From Laetmonice hystrix (Eukaryota): 60,000 nucleotides of DNA. Shown piece by piece: positions 48,988-60,000 of the stretch. The stretch lies in the NCBI GenBank assembly GCA_965235115.1, contig OZ249436.1, positions 12,216,001-12,276,000 of the forward strand, written 5' to 3'. Made by a program: the position numbers and the translations under genes. Numbering within the stretch: the first letter of the stretch is position 1; the number at the start of each line of letters is the position of its first letter. The notes under the pieces were generated by a model. That model was not told the origin of the DNA, searched no databases, and saw only the letters and a list, made by a program, of their open reading frames with translations.

Positions 48988-51900
48988 GTAGGCGTAGGGC
49001 CTATATGGCTTCCAAGCGATACTCAGACCGTAGGCCTACCTGTGTAACGTTATTGTGTAAAGTTCCATTTTGACCATACCCTTTTGAAAAATCGCAATCT
49101 ACGGACGTCCGTACGTCCATAGGCCTCCTGACCGGGGGCGAATTAGGAACCCCCGCCCCTTTGGGTTGGGAGCTAAAATCACAGAATCTACAACTTGTTT
49201 GCTCACAACGCCAAACACTGCTTGCTATGTCATTATTTCCTGTTATGGAATTCGCAAATTTGTACCTGTTTTATTAGTCCCAATTCAATCAATTGTTTAA
49301 TGGGTATTCATAAACATGGGGATCTTTAGATTTTCCTCTTTTCCCCCTTTTTTGATGAAGATGCATTATTCCCCTGAAACCGGGATTTTAACCAAATTCT
49401 TTAATTGTATGATAGTAACATCAAAAGGGCCTCCTCATCCAGCACCAACATAACTCTGGCCAATCAAATCATGCCGGGCGTAGCGATGCTAAAATTTTGT
49501 TAGGTGCCCCCCCCCCCCCCCCCGCCTATCAAAATCCTGGATAAATCCTGATAAACCAATCAACTCCAAGCGAGTTCCAGGTTTGTCTTCAGACATGTTT
49601 AAGCATTCGTACATAATGTGCTGTTGCAGTGTCTCGTGTGGCAAGCAGATAAAAGGTCATAGACTACGAACGGGTCCATTGGGCACGACCTCTATACCAG
49701 GAGTGTCCACATATAGACACAGAAGATACCCTACGGACGGGAGAGGACGCATATAATCAGACCTCCTTCATCCTTGCTTCTTTAATCCTTATACAGACCT
49801 ACCTCACAGTCGGAACTTCCTGGGAACCTTTTCTACCATTTATATAGGCTACGTTTCACAAGCCTAACAAATTTTAATGGGCACCAAGGCCTTCAGGTAA
49901 ACGAGGTCTGACTTTATTTGAATAAACTACACTGAGGTGATATTCAACATCCAGTAAAGCGAAGACAGTTTCTGAGAGGCCCTTGTCTTTCACGAATAAT
50001 ATTGTACTGTATGAGAGAGGTTCGGCAAATCTGGTCGAATCATCGGTGTGCCTCAGACGGTGTATATTGAATAACGATAAGATGCAACTGCTCGAATATG
50101 GGCGGGAACCGGGGCGCTATAGGGGCGTAGGGGCTTACATGACTGTGTACCTCAAGTGCAATGATGCAATAGTTCCTACTACGCATATGCCTGATGCAGT
50201 GGCTAAATATAGCATTGATGGAAACTACTCTTTGAGATCTATAATTTAAATAGAGTCCAAGCAGACAAACTTAAAAACAAACTTCTTTTTCAGACGCATT
50301 TATTGAAATACGTTCAATCATATACCACAAGGGCAAGAACAGCAAAACAAATTCAAAACAGGAGACATGGAATTGCCTTTCATTATGAACCACAAGGGCA
50401 AGTAGAGTAAACGGACCTCTTGAATTATGATATTATTTATACGCGTTAGACGTACCGTAAATAGGATTAGGAACATAACAGGTAACACAAACACCCCTAC
50501 TGTCAGATAAAACAAACGGCTGTGTATCGTTCGTCAGGCCAATTCAGTTATAGGCCGTAAAACCACATCTGGACAGGACCTACACAACACCACAAGTAAA
50601 GTCCTCGGCTATGTACGTATATGAAAATCACCTGTCACGGTATAAACGCCATAAATCCTTGTTTAAACAGAAACCAACCCTAGCGGATCACAGAAATTTG
50701 TACATGTTCTGTGAACGTCAATATCTATACAGCCAGAGTGGCACTGGGTATACAGCGGAAACCTTGTAACTACGGTCGGACACATTGGGTGGGATCAATT
50801 TGAAGCAAAATGCAGCCATGCACTTAACCGACAATCGATCGTATGGTACCGTACTGCCGCATCGAATAACGCGACTTTATACAGAATACATACCACACTT
50901 ATACCGCCCGACTACTTCTTACTGGACGGAGATAGCCGAATGTTACGGAAATAGCCGAGGACGTTTCCAGTGACACAGCATGGGTCACACTGCCCACTTT
51001 CTTCACTCTCGCAACTATACGACTCTCCCTCGAGAGTATAATATTCCTTAATGATAATACATGTTGTATCTTCAGAATCATGAATAAATAGGAAAAGGTG
51101 GTCTAAATGGCTAAAAGATTGGTACATCTTAATTTAACCACCATTATATATCAACTAGATGATCAACTTTATTTTAACAATCAATAACTAAACTCCTGCA
51201 TTAAAATATATGTGTTTACTATTTCTGTTAAAACTGATCAGACTGACATAAAATGATGTATCACAGTCCCGCTGGTTAGCCTTCAAACCGTCAGAAACGG
51301 GTTACGATGAAAGAAAATAATCTTAGGTAATTTTAGGTGAATTAGGAGCAGGCATGTGTATACGTCTGTGTAAACTAGTCTTTATGAGGCGTATAACGTG
51401 TCTATAAAACATAGCTCTCCGTAAAGGCAAACTGTGATTTTTTCTAAAACAATTAAAATGGACTAAAAACCACAACGTTATGACATCTTACATATCTTTC
51501 CAAATTAAATTTAATGTAAAGAAATATACCAATCTGAACAAGCCGTTTTTTTTTCAACTGTGGAACTCTCTCGTGCAAGCGGTCTATTTAATGGGATGAA
51601 GTATCTGAATCGGCTCGAATACTTACAGGCGTGCCCGAAGTGCTCCTCCCAATTACCATGTGCTCAGCAATCTAGTTGATCTAAGATAAACGACAATTTC
51701 ACTAAACTGTAGAATGTCACTTATGGCTAGATGTATGCGTCAACTCTGTATCCCGATGGTTATATAATTCTTAGACTATCCCTTAAACAACTATGTATAC
51801 AGCCATCTTCAACTTTCTATTTCAGCAATGTCTAGTTGCAGCTTCAACTGCTTAGAAAACAAGGTACTTCTCACAAATTAACCTCAGAAATCCAATGACT

Positions 51901-54900
51901 GAGATCAGGTGGTATAGCTTAGAACTAGCTACAAGTCTTTTAGCGCAGTAAAACTTCGTTTAAATAAAAAGAATTATGACTGCCCCCAAGCCAGGACAGC
52001 AGTCATTATTCACATAGACTTGCTATGAGATATAACATTATAATAAAGTCATTATAATAAAGTAACTGTCATAAGGTCACTGATCAAATTATGATCTTCA
52101 GATCGCGTTCTTGCAGTATAAAACCCACCTCTGAGCAGCCCGTTCAGTGACTAACAGCATTAAAACATTATTTTCAGTAGAAACTTTGAGTCAAGAATTT
52201 AAGCAACAGCTTAGAACACAGGAGCAGTTACTGCACCTTTCAAATTATTTAAAAAAGAAAGTTCACATGCGAGAAATATTTACCTGCTGGTAGATGGTCA
52301 CAGAACTGCAAACCACTCGGTATCATAATAATATCATAAAGCCTAAAATGTTCTTCCAAGAAAATAGAACTATCTGCATGTCTGAGGAATGGTAAATAAC
52401 CAAGATCCAGCCGACTGACACGGTTCTTACGTTATCTACAATTACAATGAGATCAAACGGAACATTCTGCGCACACGTACACATACCGAGCACCTTGCTA
52501 GACAATTGGTACGACTGAAACACCAACAATCGTCTGAAAGGATTTTTTATATCAGATCTCTCGTCATTTGGCCTTTCTTTGGTGCAACTTTCTGATGACA
52601 ACTGCCACAAGACTGTCTGTCGGTAAAAATATCGTCTCTAGTCTGCGATAGGAATGACAGCAAATTTCAACAATATTACTGACTAGTCATGAGCTATTAC
52701 GACGACATTGGTATTCAGGCTTTCTCTGTCATTCACAAGTCCACACCGCCATATTTACATTTTAAAAACTACAGCTAGCAGAACACACAATAACCATTAC
52801 ACGTTCATCCGATAAATGAGATCGGGAGACAGGACTCATACAACCTTTGCTGGAAAAAAAATAACTAATAAAAAGAATAAATAAACAAAAAATGTAAACG
52901 TCAAGCGTGTGCCACTCCTTACGTTTGTTAGTCGAAATAGATCTTATCTGATCGTGTGTGATCATTCGCCATCATCAAATGTACAGTGAAGGCAATACAA
53001 TCATGCTCCGTACATATAAAACCTTTCAGTTTCACAATCCCCATTCCTCACGAGCTGGTTAAATAAGTCGTTACTTGCTATCTATTCCTACTGCCTCAAT
53101 ACTTTGCGTACGTCAGAAAGGTCACCAGCACGACCTGAATTCACAGTCACTTACCTCTCAATCTTGTTTACTGGTACATTCTAAACTGATAATAATAATA
53201 AAACACGTGCAACTTTTTACCCCTGCAAGTTTGAAGTTCAATACCTGTGTGCAAACTTCATATTACATGTAAAAATAACCATTTGAGAAAACTTAAATCT
53301 TAATTTGTCATTCTTGGGTAAACATTGCTTACATTGTAGGCTAACTAAAGCTTAGTTCAGAATTTCTGACATAATCAAGCCAATTATCCATACCGATAAA
53401 ACACTTTGATCCCAGTTACGAACTTCGCCTCTGAGGTGCACGCGAATAGGTGGTTTCTTTCAGTTTGATTAGTATGCCTAATGACAACACAGTGCCTATT
53501 CCACATTTAACATTATACATCCAGGAAAATATATGTTCGCCATATCTTACGTGAACACACTGACGTTTCTATCAAATGCACCCCCCCCCCCCCCACTAGA
53601 AAAAAAATCTTCAAGACCATCAATATAAAACTCCTTATCTCCCGATCTTGGCAATCTTAACTACTTACATAGAGAATACGAGAAGATGCGATTACACAAA
53701 TTGAAGGAAGACGCTGCAATGTTTTGACTTATTGTTACCACAACATCTTTGTGATCAAACATCAAAAACGTCATTTGTTAGAGATTTCCTAAGTCGTCAT
53801 TTGTTACAGACTTTCCTAAGTACAAACGTTTATTTGACAGTATAAACGACTCCTGACTTACCTTTATCAAATGTAATGTCCAGTCCTTACAAATACTTAA
53901 GAAATGGATGCCACAAACCTGGCCTAGCCAAGGGATGTTATTATAGGTCAGTGGGGAAAAAGGTCTACAGATTAGCCGGATAAATTCAACAGTTAATATT
54001 TACTCCTCATTGCAGAGGCAAATATTGAAATTGCTGGTTAAACCTCCAGAGGAAACCCATACAACAGTTACTGATGTGTCCCACAAGGAAAGCCCCCTGT
54101 GATCAAATAAGCATCGTCTACAATGCTGTGGTGAGTCAGCAAAAGGACTTAAAAAGATGAATGGAAGAAAGAAGGAAAAAATAGAGGGAGACTTTAGCAC
54201 ACCGTGAAAGTCGATCGGTCGCCAGTCGTCCAAATTTATTACTATGTTGAAGGAGCCCAGCGCCAAGCACTGCAAAAAGTTCAGCACAGCACATCGAGGC
54301 TGGAGACACTCAGATCTGAGGATATAGTATTTCAGTTGAAACATACCTAATATCTGGAATCAATACTTGGGCATTACATTCAGATCCGTAACTGTCATGG
54401 TCGTATCTGACTAGAAACCCGACTCCAAATGACAAAATCTGTTTACAAAACTTACAAAGGTGATCATGATATACCAGTAACCTTTAAGTACGACCTTCAA
54501 AGAAACCCATAATTTATTATTATACAAAATTACGCCAGAGATTGATTAAAAAATAAATAAACAAGTTAAAAGCAAAGAAGCACTGAGCTCCAACGATAGC
54601 TTATGCAGAAAGACCATCATATGGCTAAATCAGTCATGCAAGACATGATGTTATTCAACAAATATTTTACAACCTCAAAAATTTCCATAATATATCACGC
54701 CAATAATAGTTTGTGTGCTACAAAATTGCTGTAATTTTATAGTACCTGTGTTCTACTTGGAACCAATGGAATCAAGACTCTAAAGATCACGTGTAACTCT
54801 CGACAGTACATTGTGAATACACAAATTATACAGAGATATACAGTATTCCAATTTCAGTCTCATAAAATCTAACCCCATTCCACAATTATATCTTTAAAAT

Positions 54901-57900
54901 CACCTGTCAGAACTACATGTCTAAAGTTATTATGTTTCCTAAAATGCATGGACGACTATCTAGGCTAGGCTAGGAATACACTATAACATCTCCTTCAACT
55001 GACAAATCGAATCTGATCATATAAAAACGCCACGTTTCTTGATATGCAAGAAGTTTCCATCCACACAGCTCACATCCTGTGGCCGTCAAAGGCCCTTGCT
55101 TCACACACCAGTAAGTTTAAATCGCTTCAAGTGTCGACTAACTGTGTCCTAACAAATTGGGTCTGTCAACCTGGTCCATTACAATGATATTCTCAAACTT
55201 TGTTTCCTCTTCGTATCACTGAATCCAACTGTTTGTCACCTTCATAAGCTGAAGATTCCCTGACATGGCCCTGAACCCTGGACAGTGACGTGTGCCCTTG
55301 TTTGATCGACTGCTCCGGACTGTAACGACGTCCCCGGACTCTGGCTGCAAATCACTGCACTGTCTTCTTCTTGTTCTTCTCAGACTGGAGGTAGCCTGCG
55401 TCACTCCACTGGCACTGCCTGAAGAAGTGAAAAAAAACAAAAAAACAGAGGATCAAGAAACATGCCAAATTTGCCTGCGAATATCTGTCCGGTGTGATGT
55501 CGTTTCTAATCGCATTTGATTATAACACATAACCGGGGTGCACGTGATACTTTTTTTTTTTACACAAAACATATTGGAAGTGTAACATAAAAACAGTTTT
55601 CTTTATAATGATGATGCTTGACTACTCTACATATGATCATTCAGCTCCATTCTGCCGTTCTTGTTTTTCTACTTATATGCAGGTGTACCATGCGGCATCC
55701 TGAGGTAGGCCTAGTCAGTGAGTCAGTCCGTGTCAGCACTGCAGTATACCCGATGTGTTTTATCACAATTAACCAATAACATGTATTGTTCCCTGAGTGG
55801 AAATATAGATTCTTTCTAGCTAGGAGAAACTATCTAGGTTTGCTACCTCCGTAGGCATTTCTGTCAAAACAGTCACATCAAAGACATGACACGTTTTCTT
55901 AACATACGGCCACCATTCTTATTTGCCTGACACAGTTAGAGATGTCATGACTGAAGGCCTACTTCATACAACAAAACGCCACGCAACCCCAGCCATGTCG
56001 AAGTCAATGACATTTATGTATGTAGACCACTTGTCACTGCTTCAGCGAGCACAAAAAGCTCATTAATTACATACACTATTGTGTATTCCAGTCGGAAGAC
56101 CTTTCAATTTCAACTCTCTGAGCTATTTCAAGTGCGCTGGCAAATGGTAATAAATCTGGCGTACATGACATTCTACTTGGAAAAAAGGAGGGCGTCATTT
56201 TAATAGTGGCATCATTTACAGCTGGTGGCTGCACGCTGATGAGAGGGAGACACATCCTGAACATACTTAGTAATACACTAAACGTCTCATTAGACTTTCA
56301 CAGGGCATGATTTAATGGATAAGTAGGAACATGATTTTATGTGTAGCAAATTTAGCGAGTCAAAATCTGATTTGTGTAGCATTTGCTACACAATGTATAG
56401 CCCGTTTTCTTTTAATTAAAAAGTGCTGGAAATAAAATAATTAATAATAGAAAGTTTTATTGAAAAACTAAAGTGACTTTAGCATGTACTTAAAGATACT
56501 AAGTTTGCAGAACTTCAGACTGAACATCTCTCAACTTTTATTCAACTATCGCACTCATCGCCTGAGTCAGACTCAGTGGCTGACTGGAACCATGGTCTCT
56601 CGCTAGAGGACCCATCGGTCCCAGGCATAGATTGGGTTCTGCTCCCATAAGGCTGCACACTGAACCGGCGGCTTTTGTCATTACAGAAGAGACTGACTGC
56701 TCTAGTAGGATTAAATATGCATCGCATTTTTTGCGAGACAGTCATCTTGTATCCAAATGAGCTTATATCATGAACTCCTCACAAAGGCTGAGGGTTAGTT
56801 ATTCTAATATTACGCTCTCCTCCTGGAGGTTACACTCCTGGAGGTCTATAATAGGCTACGTTGTATATTCATTACCTTTGGAGGGCTCTACCCCTTCACG
56901 TAACGCTAACCTTTTGACCTATACGTGGTAACCTTCTGGCATTAGCTATGGCTGGGTATGAATGCTGAAACTCGTTATATTGTGTTCTGTGCCTGGGCTG
57001 ATGATTAAATCGGGGAGACATGGAGCGCCAAAGGTCTCATAACGTCATGCAATACTCCCCGTTAAGAAACCGTTAAACAGAAAGGGCGTTTCTTACCACA
57101 AGTACTGCTGCCGAATAAGGTAAAAATTTCCCCTGATCCGGCAGTGGTACTTGTGGTCTTGCCTTGCGGTTCACATGCTATAATAAAATGTTTTCAGGAT
57201 ATGCCATGACATCGGGTAATTCATAGTGCGAATAGCTCTCAGCCGTTTCCCCTTCGCTGGGTATCTGTGTCACTCGTTTCTAGTTTCAAGTAAATTACCG
57301 TAAATTAAAGGCCCATCCTGGATATATAACGACGAAATTGTCCCCTAAAAGTATGAATCAGCCTTGCCCATTATCTGTAACCTGGAGTTCAAACAATCAC
57401 CAATTATGCCCCCCCCCCAAAAAAAAAAACAAAAAACAAAAAACAAAAAAAAACAAAAAAACGCGCAGGGATCAGTGGCAGATCATACCATTGACTGGTT
57501 CCCTGCCTCTCATTTGAAATAGATATCTCTGAGAGCAGTCAGAGGCAGGGAACCAGCCAGGTCATACCATTGACCTATTTATCTGAAATTTGTACCAAAT
57601 GCCCCAATTAACGAGATATCATGTTCCAAATATTATGACATTGGGGTAAAAATTATAGAAGTTACAGTCAAGAAAAGTGTGTGTTCCAAAAGTTTTAGGC
57701 CCACCCGATATACTAGCTTTGTCCCAATTACTAGTATGTTGATAGGAATTACACAATCACTATCATCATTTCTGTTCACAAGGTTAAAACAGAACATGCT
57801 ACCAAGCTCAATGAAAATGGTGGCTATTGATTAAGTATTTTGACCGAGACTATAAACCAATACATTGTACATGCATACATTTGCAAGCTGAAAATCCCCT

Positions 57901-60000
57901 TGTCTACGATGGCAGTATATTTTGTTGCCTGAAAGCCAGCCAGCTGGCAACAGACGAGTTACACTACATGCTACATAGACTCTATCCCTACGGCCTCTAA
58001 GTCTCCTTCATCCCATAAGCCCATGGTGATGAGCAATGACAAGCGTATGTCCTCGCTTACAAAGGGATCTCATTATCAAACCTATCAAAACAGGCTCTTG
58101 ACGGATATCAACACAACAATTTTGAAATTAAAAAAATATAAATTTCGATTGATGGGCACATATATAATTTGTGGCAGCGCACGGAACCATTTTAACACCT
58201 ACCGGTACTTGGTATGCAAAGTGAAGTAAGGTAACCAGAACATTTTCATGTTACTGTGGCGTGATTATAATGATGGTTTGAGTATAAGCTTAGACGTTGG
58301 GCACGTATCACCTTACCCTGCCGTACCGTACACAAGGTAATGATACCTGGCCAAAGGATCAGGTTCTGGAGCACCACACAGAAATGGAAACATCCTAGTG
58401 ACAAACTGATCCTTTCTCTATCACCACCAACGAGCTGGTAATAGAAGCCTGTACTTATGGGGCGAGCAATGCTGACTCAGTTCATATTTCCGGGAACCAA
58501 ATACATGTACCTAAACGGAGAGCCTTCCCATCATGAACATCTTATACTTGGTTTCATATAACAACACCATGACACCGGCACAACAGATACTTATACCGAA
58601 TCGTGGCAAATCCATGCATTACAGAAGATGAAATCTATTCCTCTTCCGAAGTAAACATTACTCATGATTCTAGAACTATGTGCATCCTTATTGAGCAGAC
58701 ACATTCAAGAGTCGATAAAAAATCTTACTGTAGTCCTACGCAGCACAATCTCTATGTAATCATAATGTCTGTCAGTTTATCTAAAGGTTGGGGGACTCCG
58801 CCCACTCACCACAATCCATGATTCCGGGATCATGGATCCAGTCGTCTAGACTAGAGTACAGCAGTGATGAGTGATGCTGAAGTTCGAGCCACCCAAGAGA
58901 CTAGGTCGAAGCATACAATAGTTAATTACAGGGGTTACAAATGCTCCTGATGGTGATAAGCCAGTACTGGGGTTGAAGTTGTAACCAGAAATTCTTATCA
59001 ACCCTCAGGGTAGATCACTCTGCAGAGTCGTATAATCTTGTCGCCATGGTTCGCTACACAGGCTGTCACACTGCGGTCTCATTCCAACGTTTATCGTGCA
59101 AGCCAAGGTCTCGGTCGTGAAACCCTATTAACATTCACATTTCTATAACATTTTACAATAGTAATTGCGTACCCTGCTAGAGTCCAGATCAGATCAGATT
59201 AGATCAGACTATAGAGCTGGCGAGGTGACTGGGTAATACCGCTAAGTGGTTTTAACCTGATGAAGTCTGACCTCGTCAGCTACCAGGATGAGGTAATCAC
59301 TCCTCCGCAGGCAGATTTACTAGTTACGTCATCAGCAGATTCCTTTGAATTGTACAAGTTCATGTTTGGTTAGTGTGTAAACATGACCTCAGCCCTCAAG
59401 TAAAGGTCATTTACGCGTCAACACCACTGTATTTCTTTTGGGCGACATCGTGTATTATCGGCAAACGTTTGGCTCTTGGGTTTCGTCTTTCTTATCTATG
59501 TCAGAGATAACGCTAATATCGCAGCACTAAGCCTGAACACCACGCCTTCAGGTTGTCGTACTGGTTAGTAGAATCTCAGCAGAATATTCAGTGTCTGTAC
59601 TCATACAGGCCTCCCATCGACCACTATTATGGGGCTCCGTGTAAGGGAGGAAGACAAGGAACGAGACATCAGGTCTCCAGACTCCACATATAAAGAAAAT
59701 AACCATTAGGATTTACGAATGTGTCCGTCACCTGTCTTAGGTTTTCCGGCAGTTTTCCGGCAGTGCCTCGAAGAAAACTGAGAGGTACCTGGATGTAACA
59801 ATAGTCTTTACTAATGCGTTTCGGGGAAATAGAACTTACTTTCCTGCCTCTTTTTACTAAAGCATAATGACCTCTGGGGAAATTAATTTTCTGCATTTTA
59901 GTATCACCATGGTTAACCTTGTGTTATATGTTTAGTGTTGTTTACAACAGGAAAATGTCCTCCGACTTAGACAGTGGGTAAAATACATCTCCACGTCTTC

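Overview
Intron-rich invertebrate animal genomic DNA; the species cannot be determined from the sequence. Protein genes: (1) POLR3A/RPC1, the RNA polymerase III largest subunit, on the minus strand. It has 29 coding exons between 24244 and 10409, including one U12-type and one GC-AG intron. Its C-terminal exons were not found in the window, so 1-10408 appears to be one large intron. (2) SF1 (splicing factor 1/branchpoint-binding protein) on the plus strand, 24954-39464, head-to-head with POLR3A, with a candidate TACTAAC-driven poison exon. (3) A minus-strand gene for an extracellular-type protein (tandem unnamed module, Ser/Thr stalk, EGF, sushi) at about 41.6-43.5 kb. The main discovery is an array of at least 8 small-RNA genes (7 complete, 1 truncated) at 1-9440. 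All are on the plus strand, antisense to and apparently inside the POLR3A intron. Each complete copy has an upstream element near -60, a TATA box near -30, a covarying terminal stem (GGGAGGTC-CG...TGACYTCCC) matching the Ro60-binding stem of Y RNAs, a second CCATTGG/CCAATGG helix, an unrelated loop of variable length, and a T4-5 Pol III terminator. Also present are MITEs, minisatellites and a tandem 333-bp repeat carrying a tRNA-like A/B-box unit.
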